Notes under the pieces: model-generated
The model's database searches: none
The model's input: the letters and a program-made list of their open reading frames with translations, nothing else
Told to the model about the DNA's origin: nothing
Made by a program: the position numbers and the translations under genes
Shown: one piece after another, positions 50,435 through 59,100 of the stretch
Layout of the letters: each line of letters opens with the position of its first letter
How positions within the stretch are numbered: the first letter of the stretch is position 1
Source of the DNA: Anaerolineae bacterium
GTDB lineage: Bacteria; Chloroflexota; Anaerolineae; DTLA01
DNA: 64,000 nt
Assembly (NCBI GenBank): GCA_034436295.1
Contig: DAOTVT010000071.1
Location: 1,208 to 65,207, forward strand
Direction of reading: 5' to 3'

Positions 50435-51268
50435 CTAAGGCACCTCGGTGGGGGTGAAGTTCGTGATGACCAGGGCGCGCTCCAGGCTGCCGAAGTCCAC
50501 CGTCGGCTGCACCTCGGCCTCTTGGTACAGCCCCACCTCGTCGCGGATGACTTTGGACACCTGCCCGATGATGAGCGCCTTGGGGAACATGCCTCCCAGG
50601 CCCGACGTGATGACCACATCGCCCTCGGCCACGCTGCTGTCGTGGGGGATGCGGGTCATGACGAGTTTGCCGCCGGGGCGTCCCTCCACCAGGCCGGTAA
50701 CGCGGTTGCGCTGGATCATGGCGTTCACCGAACTGCGCGCGTCCACGATGAGCAGCACGCGGCACGCGTTGGGGTACACGTCCAGCACGCGGCCCACCAG
50801 CCCGCGCTCGGTTACGACGGGCATGTTGCGGCGGATGCCGTCGCGCGCGCCCACGTTCAGCACCAGGTCGGGGAACAGGTTGGACGCGCCGCTGCCGACG
50901 ACGTAGCCCACCACCTCTGCGCCCTTGAACTGATAGGCCGGATACGTCTGGGTGAAGTTGAGCAGCGCCCGCAGGTGCTCAATCTCCTTGTTAGCCTCTT
51001 CCAACTGGAGCAGTTGCACCGACAGGCGGTCCACCTGGGCGCGCAGGTCGCGGTTCTCCTCGCGCAGCGCCACCATGTCGCGCCCGCCCTGTATCCAGTC
51101 GCTCACGGTGCGGCTCAGGCGGGAGAACTGATCCTGCACCGGCGCGAGCAGCGTCGTCGCCAGGTCGCGCACGGGGCGAAACAGGCCCGTCTGGGAGACC
51201 AGAAAGGCCACGATGAGGACGATGATGGCGACGATAAGGGCAGTGGGTGTGTCCGTCCGCGAATGCAT
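50435..51268 (-). CDS. mreC: rod shape-determining protein MreC
   Basis: N-terminal TM, coiled coil (LREENRDLRAQVDRLSVQLLQLEE) and beta-rich MreC domains. Confidence 0.9.
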   Translation of the reverse strand: MHSRTDTPTALIVAIIVLIVAFLVSQTGLFRPVRDLATTLLAPVQDQFSRLSRTVSDWIQGGRDMVALREENRDLRAQVDRLSVQLLQLEEANKEIEHLRALLNFTQTYPAYQFKGAEVVGYVVGSGASNLFPDLVLNVGARDGIRRNMPVVTERGLVGRVLDVYPNACRVLLIVDARSSVNAMIQRNRVTGLVEGRPGGKLVMTRIPHDSSVAEGDVVITSGLGGMFPKALIIGQVSKVIRDEVGLYQEAEVQPTVDFGSLERALVITNFTPTEVP

Positions 51269-51284
51269 GGGAATCTCGCTTTGG

Positions 51285-51470
51285 GCTAGTAGCCTTTAGC
51301 CTACAGCCTTTAGCCTATAGCCTTTGGCCTTGGTGCGATGGCACTGCCCAACGCCTCCCAACCCAGGCGAATGGCCCGCTGCCAGAGGCTAAAGGCTATA
51401 GGCCAATGGCTAATGGCTACAGGCTAATGGCTAGCGGCTAACGGCTAACGGCCAAACACCAATGGTTTCT
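51285..51470. repeat. inverted arrays of heptanucleotide repeats forming a long hairpin between mreC and mreB
   Basis: Left arm TAGCCTT/TAGCCTA heptamers; right arm GGCTAAA/GGCTATA/GGCTAAT/GGCTAAC heptamers (reverse complements), in total ~20 heptads. Confidence 0.8.
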
Positions 51471-52529
51471 CTACCGCTTTCTTGGCCGGCGGCTATCGGC
51501 CAGGACTTTGCGCAAGGAATCCAGGTTTTCCAGCACCTTGCCGGCCCCCAGCGCCACGCACCACATGGGGTTTTCGGCCACATAGACGCGCATGTGGGTT
51601 TCCTCGCTCAGGCGCGTGGCCATTCCTTGCAGCAGCGCGCCGCCCCCGGCCAGCGCGATGCCGTTCTCCATCAGGTCGGCCACCAACTCGGGCGGGGTGT
51701 CGTCCAGCGCCTCTTTCACGGTGTTGACGATGGTGGCGACGGACCCCGCGAGGGCCTCGCGAATCTCAATGCTGGAGACTTCCACCTCTTCGGGGAGGCC
51801 CGTAACCAGGTTGCGGCCCCGCAGGGTCATGGTCTTCTCTTCGGGCAGCGGGTATGCCGATCCGATGGCGATCTTCACCCGCTCGGCCATGCGCTCGCCG
51901 ATGAGGAGGTTGTACTTCTGGCGCGCGTAGTTGATGATGTCCTCGTCCATCTCGTCGCCGGCGACGCGGATGGAGCGGCTGACCACGACGCCGCCCAGCG
52001 AGAGCACCGCCACCTCGGTGGTGCCGCCGCCGATGTCCACGATCATGCTGCCGACGGACTCGGTGATGGGGAGGCCCGCGCCGATGGCCGCCGCCTTGGG
52101 TTCTTCAATGAGGAACGCCTCGCGCGCGCCCGCGCTCAGGCAGGCGTCGGACACGGCGCGCTTTTCCACCTCGGTAACGCCGCTGGGAATTCCCACGACG
52201 ACGCGCGGCCGCGGCACGCTGAAGACCATCTTCTCGTGGGCCTTGCGGATGAAGTAGTGAAGCATCCGCTCGGTAACGACGAAATCGGAGATGACGCCGT
52301 CGCGCAGGGGGCGAATGGCGATGATGTTGGCGGGCGTGCGCCCGACCATGTCCTTCGCCTCGCTGCCGATGGCCAGCACCTGCTTCGTTCTCTTGTCCAC
52401 AGCCACCCAGGACGGCTCGTTGATGATGATGCCCTTGCCTTTGACGTAAACCAGCGTGTTGGCCGTTCCCAGGTCAATGCCGATGTCCAGGGAGAATAGC
52501 CCCAGGAAGGCGGCGATTGGGTTGAACAT
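51471..52529 (-). CDS. mreB: rod shape-determining protein MreB
   Basis: Actin-fold motifs (IGIDLGTANTLVY, GVVVSRSIRVAGDEMDE, ALAGGGALL); start placed at MFNPIAAFLG. Confidence 0.95.
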   Translation of the reverse strand: MFNPIAAFLGLFSLDIGIDLGTANTLVYVKGKGIIINEPSWVAVDKRTKQVLAIGSEAKDMVGRTPANIIAIRPLRDGVISDFVVTERMLHYFIRKAHEKMVFSVPRPRVVVGIPSGVTEVEKRAVSDACLSAGAREAFLIEEPKAAAIGAGLPITESVGSMIVDIGGGTTEVAVLSLGGVVVSRSIRVAGDEMDEDIINYARQKYNLLIGERMAERVKIAIGSAYPLPEEKTMTLRGRNLVTGLPEEVEVSSIEIREALAGSVATIVNTVKEALDDTPPELVADLMENGIALAGGGALLQGMATRLSEETHMRVYVAENPMWCVALGAGKVLENLDSLRKVLADSRRPRKR

Positions 52530-52710
52530 GGACCTCTCCTCGTGCTTGGTGTGGCTTGGAGCCGCGCCCATTATAGCACAGCGGGTGAAATTGGCAATTT
52601 GCAACGCCGGAGGGCGCGCCTGGACGCGGTGCAAGAGCGGGTTGGCGCTTTTCAGGAATCGTGGTATAGTGCGGTGAGAATGCAGTTCATGGCTAGGGAA
52701 GGAGGCTGCA

Positions 52711-53451
52711 ATGGCCCCACAAGTTGTGTCTTACGGCAAATGCTTCTTGTGCGGCGGGACATTCGCCAAGAACACCATGACTCGCCACCTCAAGGCCTGC
52801 GTGCGGAAGCATGAGACGGCACAAAAGGGGAGGCCCGTTCGGCTCTTTCACCTGCGGGTTGAGGGGAAGTATGCCCCCGAGTACTGGTTGCACTTGGAAA
52901 TCCCCGCCAGCGCCACCCTTGCCGCGCTGGATGACTTCCTGCGCGCCATCTGGCTGGAATGCTGCGACCACATGAGCGCCTTCACGATCCGGGGCGTCGA
53001 TTACGAGAGGGATACGGGCGCGGAGCATGCCATGTGGACGGGTTTCTTTGGCTCGCCCCTGCCAACGGAGAGCATGAGTCGCAAACTTTATTCGGTACTC
53101 TCCCCGGGCGTCGTTTTCGTTCACGAGTACGACTTTGGCACGACGACAACGCTGACACTGAAAGTCGTCGGCGAGCGGCAGGGCAGCGTGCCAGAGGAAA
53201 AGATTCGGGTCCTGGCGCGCAACTACGCCCCGGCCATCCCGTGCGCGCTATGCGACAAGCAGGCCGATTGGATCTACACGTTTGAATTCCCCCCCACACC
53301 CTATTGCGCGGCCCACGCGGAGGAGCACGAGGATTGGGAGGAAGGCTTCCTGCCCGTCGTAAACTCGCCGCGCGTGGGACAATGTGGCTACACCGGGGCC
53401 GGGGATAAAAGATTGGTATTTGAGGAGCAAGCGCCAGCGGTTCAGGATTAG
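52711..53451 (+). CDS. hypothetical protein, possibly pRiA4b ORF-3-like family with N-terminal zinc finger
   Basis: N-terminal CFLCGG...C zinc ribbon and a C-terminal region with a VHEYDFGTTT motif resembling plasmid pRiA4b ORF-3 family; weak assignment. Confidence 0.5.
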   Translation: MAPQVVSYGKCFLCGGTFAKNTMTRHLKACVRKHETAQKGRPVRLFHLRVEGKYAPEYWLHLEIPASATLAALDDFLRAIWLECCDHMSAFTIRGVDYERDTGAEHAMWTGFFGSPLPTESMSRKLYSVLSPGVVFVHEYDFGTTTTLTLKVVGERQGSVPEEKIRVLARNYAPAIPCALCDKQADWIYTFEFPPTPYCAAHAEEHEDWEEGFLPVVNSPRVGQCGYTGAGDKRLVFEEQAPAVQD

Positions 53452-53564
53452 CCCGGGCCTGTGTCCTCATGGGGCCGGGCCAGTCGGGAAGCGCGCCCGT
53501 TCAGCGTCTGGCATGGGCGTGGTTGCCCCGGCCGCTTTGGCGTCAATCGTGTGTGTTTGTGGTG

Positions 53565-53602
53565 CAAGACCGCGAGACTCCTCGCGGTCTTGTGCTTCTT
53601 GG
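53565..53602 (+). terminator. intrinsic terminator
   Basis: CAAGACCGCGAG-ACTC-CTCGCGGTCTTG followed by a T-rich tail. Confidence 0.6.
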
Positions 53603-53655
53603 GCCTGTGCGCGGGCGCCACGTCGCCCGATTGAGGCGGCCGAGGCCGCGCCGCC

Positions 53656-53684
53656 TTGACGTCCGCGGGGCGTTGCGCTACACT
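53656..53684 (+). promoter_or_regulatory. sigma70-like promoter
   Basis: TTGACG, 17-nt spacer, TACACT upstream of the creatininase-family gene. Confidence 0.5.
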
Positions 53685-53725
53685 GGCCCCGCTCGTTCGC
53701 TGCCATCTTTTCCGAGGAGGTGCGT

Positions 53726-54649
53726 ATGGCCGGAACCGTTTACCGCTACGCCGAACTGACCCAACCCCAACTGCTGGCCCTGGATAGAAGCCGCACGCTG
53801 GCCGTCATGGCGCTGAGTCCGCTGGAGACGCACGGCCCTCATCTGCCGCTGGGCACCGATGTATTCGTGGCCGAGGCGCTGCGCGACCGTGTGATACGCA
53901 AACTCCAGTCGGCCATGCCCGAACTGGACTATCTGGTCTTTCCCAGCGTCGCGCTGGGCGCGGACCCGATTCCGGCGCCCGGGTCTGTGAAGATTGACAG
54001 CAGGGCCATCCACCTGCTGCTGGTCTCCACGGCGGCCAGCCTTGCCGGTCTCGGGTTCAAGTGGATGCTGGTAACCGACAATCACGGCGGGGCGCGCCAC
54101 CAGGCGGCCATTGAGAAGGCGGTGCGCAAGGCTTGGAAGAAGCACCGCTTTGCGCTCATCTGCCCGTTTCTCAACTTCTACCGCCGCATGGTGGAACACG
54201 ACCCGGCCCTGCTAGAGGCGACCGGCACAGCCCCGCGCTCGTGCGGCGACATTGACGACGCGCACGCCGGCACCAACGAGACTTCGCTCATGCTGGCCAT
54301 CGCCCCCGACCGCGTCGCGCCCGATTGGCGGCAGGTGCCGCCCGCGACCATCAACCGCGACAACCGTTTGTACCGCGTGCTGTCGCTGCTGGGCAGCGTC
54401 ATCGGGCTGCTGGGCGCCGACACGCTGGGGCGCGACCTGGAGTACATGGGGTCGGGGCTGTCGTGGCAGAATGCCAACCCGATGCCGCCCTATATGGGCG
54501 CGCCGGCCGAGGCCGACCCCGATCGCGGGCGGCGCATGTTGGATGCGCACGCGGACGAGGCCGTGGCCCAGGTGCGGCGCGCGCTGGAAGGCCAGCCGCC
54601 TTTCAGCACGCCGCTCCTCTGGGGGCTGCGCTTCGCCGAGCCCAGTTAG
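53726..54649 (+). CDS. creatininase-family amidohydrolase
   Basis: SPLETHGPHLPLGTD metal-binding signature of the creatinine amidohydrolase family. Confidence 0.8.
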   Translation: MAGTVYRYAELTQPQLLALDRSRTLAVMALSPLETHGPHLPLGTDVFVAEALRDRVIRKLQSAMPELDYLVFPSVALGADPIPAPGSVKIDSRAIHLLLVSTAASLAGLGFKWMLVTDNHGGARHQAAIEKAVRKAWKKHRFALICPFLNFYRRMVEHDPALLEATGTAPRSCGDIDDAHAGTNETSLMLAIAPDRVAPDWRQVPPATINRDNRLYRVLSLLGSVIGLLGADTLGRDLEYMGSGLSWQNANPMPPYMGAPAEADPDRGRRMLDAHADEAVAQVRRALEGQPPFSTPLLWGLRFAEPS

Positions 54650-54747
54650 CGCGCAAGTGGGACTTTTGTTACAGCCACGCGCGGGGTCTTCGCCTATAAT
54701 CAGCGCCGCTGAACGATGGAACGACGTTATCTTTTGTGGAGGGGGTC

Positions 54748-55953
54748 ATGAGCGAACTGTTCGGCAATCAGAAGGAAATGTTGAAGCAACTCATCAAGGC
54801 GCTGCACCTAGGGGCGGATCCCGAGATGCTCAAGAGCCGATTCCGGACGCTCCTGGGCGAAATCGGCCCCGCCGACATCGCCAGGGCCGAGCAGGAACTC
54901 ATCGCCGAGGGGATGCCGGCGGAGGAGATTCACCGCCTGTGCGATGTCCATCTGGCCGTGCTGCGCGAGGCGGTGGAGAAGGAGAAGCCAGGCGAAGGCC
55001 CTGGGCATCCAATCCACATCCTGCTCAAGGAGCACGAATACGTCAAGGGCGACGCGCGCGATCTGGCCGAGGTCATCGGACTCCTGGAGCGGGCGACGGA
55101 TTGGAGCGCCGTGGAAGGGGAACTGGAGCGCCTGGATGCGCTGCTCCGCGACTTCCAGGAGTACAACAAGCACAAGGTCCGCGAGGAGAACTGCTTGTTT
55201 CCGGTGCTGGAGAAACACGGGGTAACCGGCCCGCCGTCCATCATGTGGATGGAGCACGACCAGCAGCGCGCTGCCGTCAAGGCGGCTGCCGAGGCGCTGG
55301 CGCAGCGGGGGACGCGCGCCTTCGCCGAGTTCAAGGCGGCCATCCTGCCCCATCTGCGCGCGCTGGCAGAGGGCGTGCCCAGCCACTTCTACAAGGAAGA
55401 GAATATCCTGTTCCCCACCGCCCTGCGCCTGATTTCTGACGAGGAGTTCAAGGCGATCAAGGCGTCCATGGACGATTTGGGCTACTGCTATTTCACGCCG
55501 CCGGAGGTCATCGGCGCGCGCGAAGAATTGGAGGCGCAGGTCGGCGAGGGCGAGATTCGCCTGCCGTCGGGCGCGCTGACGCCTGCCGAACTGGAGGCGG
55601 TGCTCAACACGCTGCCCGTGGACATCACGTTTGTGGGCGCGGACGACACGGTGCGCTATTTCAGCATGGGCCGCGAGCGAATTTTCCCCCGCACGCCCGC
55701 TATCATCGGCCGCTCCGTCCAATTGTGCCACCCCCAGAAGAGCGTCCACGTGGTCAACCGCATCCTGGAGGATTTCAAGGCGGGGCGGCGCGAGGTGGCC
55801 GAGTTCTGGATTCAGATGAACGGGCGTCTGATTCACATCCGCTACTTCCCCGTGCGGGGCAAGGATGGGCGCTACCTGGGCACGCTGGAGGTAACCCAGG
55901 ACATCACGGACATCCAGAAGATCACGGGGCAGAAGCGGCTGCTGGACGACTGA
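54748..55953 (+). CDS. DUF438-domain protein with hemerythrin-like and PAS regions
   Basis: Hemerythrin HHE-like helices (EHEYVKGD, HKVREENCLFP) followed by a DUF438/PAS-like C-terminal half (VDITFVGADDTVRYFS). Confidence 0.7.
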   Translation: MSELFGNQKEMLKQLIKALHLGADPEMLKSRFRTLLGEIGPADIARAEQELIAEGMPAEEIHRLCDVHLAVLREAVEKEKPGEGPGHPIHILLKEHEYVKGDARDLAEVIGLLERATDWSAVEGELERLDALLRDFQEYNKHKVREENCLFPVLEKHGVTGPPSIMWMEHDQQRAAVKAAAEALAQRGTRAFAEFKAAILPHLRALAEGVPSHFYKEENILFPTALRLISDEEFKAIKASMDDLGYCYFTPPEVIGAREELEAQVGEGEIRLPSGALTPAELEAVLNTLPVDITFVGADDTVRYFSMGRERIFPRTPAIIGRSVQLCHPQKSVHVVNRILEDFKAGRREVAEFWIQMNGRLIHIRYFPVRGKDGRYLGTLEVTQDITDIQKITGQKRLLDD

Positions 55954-55979
55954 GGCGGCGCCGGGGCGCACCCGAAAGA

Positions 55980-56050
55980 ATGGATTCGGTTCCGTCTTGT
56001 GTGGACGACCAAAGTGCGACGGACTTCCGAGAGTGCGCCGCACCAACAAA
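55980..56050. repeat. dispersed repeat units (families E and B)
   Basis: ATGGATTCGGTTCCGTCTTGTGT followed by the imperfect palindrome GTGCGACGGACTTCCGAGAGTGCGCCGCAC. Confidence 0.7.
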
Positions 56051-56078
56051 CTTTGGACCGAGTCAAGAGCGCGCCAAA

Positions 56079-56107
56079 TTGACAGGCGTCTGCTCTGTTC
56101 ATATACT
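56079..56107 (+). promoter_or_regulatory. sigma70-like promoter upstream of hicB
   Basis: TTGACA, 17-nt spacer, TATACT. Confidence 0.55.
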
Positions 56108-56158
56108 GGAAGCGGCTGCGGTATTCGTGGGGAGTAGGCAAACGCCGGAGGAATCTCC

Positions 56159-56365
56159 ATGAAGTTCTACGTTACGCTGGAACGCGACGAAGACGGCATC
56201 TGGGTGGCCGAGTGTCCCGCGATCCCTGGCTGTGTGAGCCAGGGAAAGACGCGAGAAGAGGCGCTGACCCACATCAAAGAAGCCATCCGACTTTGCCTGG
56301 AAGTGCGCGCTGAGAAGGGCTTGCCGCTAACCGTTGAAATGCACCAGGTAGAGGTCTTGGCGTGA
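56159..56365 (+). CDS. hicB: HicB-family antitoxin (UPF0150)
   Basis: MKFYVTLERDEDGIWVAECPAIPGCVSQGKTREEALTHIKEAIRLCLE is a typical HicB/UPF0150 RNase-H-like fold. Confidence 0.8.
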   Translation: MKFYVTLERDEDGIWVAECPAIPGCVSQGKTREEALTHIKEAIRLCLEVRAEKGLPLTVEMHQVEVLA

Positions 56366-56583
56366 CGCGCGTGGTTCCTGTGCTCAGCAGCAGGCAGGTG
56401 GTGAAGGCGTTTGAGCGACTTGGGTCGGCTGACGTAGCGACGGATCCAGGAAGGCAAGCATCATCCGCGCGTCGGGTTCGGAAGGAGGTGGTGCGCGGGA
56501 TTACGCAAACGGCGGGTTCATCGGGGAGAGTAGCGCCTGGACTGGGCGGTGAGGGCCACTTCATGAGCCGCCTGCCCAGTTGA
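56362..56583 (+). pseudogene. probable decayed HicA-family toxin gene
   Basis: First ~20 codons (PVLSSRQVVKAFERLG) match HicA. The continuation lacks the GSH/VPxH motifs, and a GKHH-like fragment appears only in the +1 frame. The 3' end overlaps the glmS ribozyme P1. Confidence 0.35.
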
Positions 56584-56770
56584 CGAGGACGGAGGTTCCT
56601 CACCTCGCGGTGAGGCTAACCGGCACGCGCCGGGAAAATCGGAAGATCGGCGGAAGCCTCCGGGGGCGATCCCGCCCCCACAACTCCCCTCCAAAACGAG
56701 CGCGTCCCCAAATCCGCGCGGGCGACCGCCGGGACAAAGGGCCGCGCAGGGATCGGGCGAGACTCATCGT
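56530..56770 (+). ncRNA. glmS ribozyme (glucosamine-6-phosphate-activated)
   Basis: Cleavage-site sequence UAGCGCC at 56531-56537. P1 is CUGGGCGG...CCGCCUGCCCAG. Core GACGAGGACGGAGGUU and AUCGGCGGAAGCCUCCGGGGGCGA match the conserved GACGAGGAUGGAGGUU and UCGGCGGAUGCCUCCCGG elements. Located upstream of glmS. Confidence 0.6.
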
Positions 56771-56825
56771 CCCGCGAAGTATCCGCATGGAGGGGCCTCG
56801 CGCGCTCTTGTTGCGCATGCCCCAT

Positions 56826-56975
56826 GGTTAGCGGTCAGCGAGCAGCAGTCAGCCGTCAGCGGTCTGCGATCAGCGAGCGACGGATGCCGCTAACGGCTAA
56901 CGGCTAACGGCTGACCGCTAAAGGCTAGAGGCTAACGGCTGACGGCTAAAGGCCAACGGCCAACGGCTATCATCA
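56826..56975. repeat. inverted arrays of heptanucleotide repeats (long hairpin) between ribozyme and glmS start
   Basis: Left arm GGTCAGC-type heptamers; right arm (GGCTAAC)n with variants GGCTGAC/GGCTAAA/GGCCAAC, ~11 heptads. Confidence 0.8.
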
Positions 56976-56989
56976 CTGGAGGAACGCTT

Positions 56990-58825
56990 ATGTGCGGGAT
57001 TGTGGGATACATCGGCCCCCGCGACGCGACGCAAATCATCATGGACGGCCTGCGCCGTCTGGAGTACCGCGGCTACGACTCGGCCGGCATCGCCGTGCTA
57101 CAGGAGGGGCGCCTGGTCGTCCGCCGCGACGCCGGCAAACTGGCCAACCTCGCCGCCATCCTGGAGCGCGAGCCGGTGCACGGCCCCGTCGGCATCGGCC
57201 ACACGCGCTGGGCCACCCACGGCCGGCCCAGCCAGCGCAACGCCCATCCCCACACCGATTGCACGGGCGAGATCGTGGTCATCCACAACGGCATCGTGGA
57301 GAACTTCATGGCGTTGAAGGCGGAACTGCAGGCCGAAGGGCACCGATTCCGCTCGGATACCGACACGGAAGTAATCGTGCATCTTGTGGAGAAGTACTAC
57401 CAGGGCGACATCGCCGAGGCGGCGCGGGCGGCCTTCCAGCGGCTGCGCGGCGCCCACGCCATTGTCGTCATGACGTCGCGCGAACCCGACCGACTTGTGG
57501 CGACGCGCATCGGCAACGCGGGAGGCGTAACGGTGGGCCTGGGCGACGACGAGATGTTCCTGGCCTCGGATATCCCTGCGATTCTGGAGCACACGCGCCG
57601 CATGGTCTTTCTGGAAGACCGCGAGATGGCCGTCGTAACGCGCAGCGGCGCGCAGTACTACCGCCTGACGGGCGAGCCGGTGTCCAAGACGCCCCACACC
57701 GTGCCCTACGATCCGGTGGCGGCGGCCAAGGGCGAGTACAAGCACTTTATGCAGAAGGAAATCTACGAGCAGCCCCGCGCCGTAACCGACACCATTCGCG
57801 GGCGCATGGACTTTGAGACCGGCGAGGCGATCCTGGCGGACGTAGGCATCGGGGAGGACGAGGCGCGCGCCCTGGATCGGGTCGTCATCGTGGCGTGCGG
57901 CACGTCGGCCTACGCGGGCCTGGTGGGCAAGTTCATGCTGGAATCGCTGGCGGGCCTGCCGGTGGAGGTGGACTACGGCTCCGAGTTTCGCTACCGCGAC
58001 CCTCACATCACCCCGCGGACGCTGGTGGTGGCCATCACCCAGTCGGGCGAGACGGTGGACACGCTGGCGGCCATGGACGAGGCGCGGCGCAAGGGGGCCA
58101 GGATCGTGAGCATCGTCAACGCGGTGGGGAGCATGGCAGCGCGCGTGTCCGACGGCGTTATCTACATGCAGGCAGGCCCCGAAATCGGCGTGGCATCCAC
58201 TAAGGCGTTCACCACATCGCTGGTGGATTTGTACCTGCTGGGCACGTACCTGGGGCAGAAGCGCGGGCGGCTGGACAGGGAGCGGTCGCTGGCGCTGGCC
58301 CAGGATTTGGCCGAACTGCCCAATCTGATGGGGAGCGTGCTGGCCAACGGCCACGAGTACGAGGCGCTGGCGCAGTTGTACTACGAGAAGGCCGACTTCC
58401 TGTACCTGGGGCGGGGCATCAACTACCCCATCGCCCTAGAGGGCGCGCTGAAACTCAAGGAAATCTCGTACATCCACGCCGAAGGCTATCCGGCGGGCGA
58501 GATGAAGCATGGTCCCATCGCCCTGATTGACGACCACATGCCGGTCATGATCATCGCCATCCGCGACCGCGTGTACGAGAAGATCATGGGCAACGTGGAG
58601 GAGGTCAAGGCGCGCAACGGGATCGTGCTGGCGCTGGGCACGCAGGGCGACGCGCACCTGGCCGAGAAGGCCGATCATGTGATTTATGTGCCCCCGCTGC
58701 CGGAACTCCTGTCGCCGGTGGTTACGGTCATCCCGCTGCAACTGTTCGCGTACCACATGGCGGTGCGCCGCGGGTGCGATGTGGATCAGCCGCGCAACCT
58801 GGCGAAGAGCGTAACGGTGGAGTGA
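56990..58825 (+). CDS. glmS: glutamine--fructose-6-phosphate aminotransferase (isomerizing)
   Basis: N-terminal MCGIVGY Ntn-amidotransferase start, two SIS domains, 611 aa. Confidence 0.95.
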   Translation: MCGIVGYIGPRDATQIIMDGLRRLEYRGYDSAGIAVLQEGRLVVRRDAGKLANLAAILEREPVHGPVGIGHTRWATHGRPSQRNAHPHTDCTGEIVVIHNGIVENFMALKAELQAEGHRFRSDTDTEVIVHLVEKYYQGDIAEAARAAFQRLRGAHAIVVMTSREPDRLVATRIGNAGGVTVGLGDDEMFLASDIPAILEHTRRMVFLEDREMAVVTRSGAQYYRLTGEPVSKTPHTVPYDPVAAAKGEYKHFMQKEIYEQPRAVTDTIRGRMDFETGEAILADVGIGEDEARALDRVVIVACGTSAYAGLVGKFMLESLAGLPVEVDYGSEFRYRDPHITPRTLVVAITQSGETVDTLAAMDEARRKGARIVSIVNAVGSMAARVSDGVIYMQAGPEIGVASTKAFTTSLVDLYLLGTYLGQKRGRLDRERSLALAQDLAELPNLMGSVLANGHEYEALAQLYYEKADFLYLGRGINYPIALEGALKLKEISYIHAEGYPAGEMKHGPIALIDDHMPVMIIAIRDRVYEKIMGNVEEVKARNGIVLALGTQGDAHLAEKADHVIYVPPLPELLSPVVTVIPLQLFAYHMAVRRGCDVDQPRNLAKSVTVE

Positions 58826-58835
58826 TGCGCCCATC

Positions 58836-59010
58836 GGGTGGGGCCCCTCACCCTGGCCCTCTCCCCGCAAGGCGGGGCGAGGGGATTGCCCCCCTCACCC
58901 TAGCCCTCTCCCCGCGAGCGGGGCGAGGGGATTGCCCCCCTCACCCTAGCCCTCTCCCCGCAAGGTGGGGCGAGGGGATTGCACTACGGTTCTGGCCGCG
59001 AGCGGGGCGA
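58836..59010. repeat. four tandem units of dispersed repeat family A
   Basis: CCCCTCACCCTNGCCCTCTCCCCGCNAGNGGGGCGAGGGGATTGC x4, same family as 5697..5800. Confidence 0.85.
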
Positions 59011-59100
59011 GGGGACGGGCTTCGCTTTGGCAATACCCAGGGGCTGGCATATACTGTATCCATCGTGCGTTCTCTCACAAGGCAGACTTCGGGAGGCAAA

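Noticed and set aside
56362-56583. Intact HicA toxin
   Set aside because: Only the first ~20 residues match HicA; conserved GSH/VPxH elements are missing and the 3' end overlaps the glmS ribozyme P1 stem. Retained only as a possible pseudogene.
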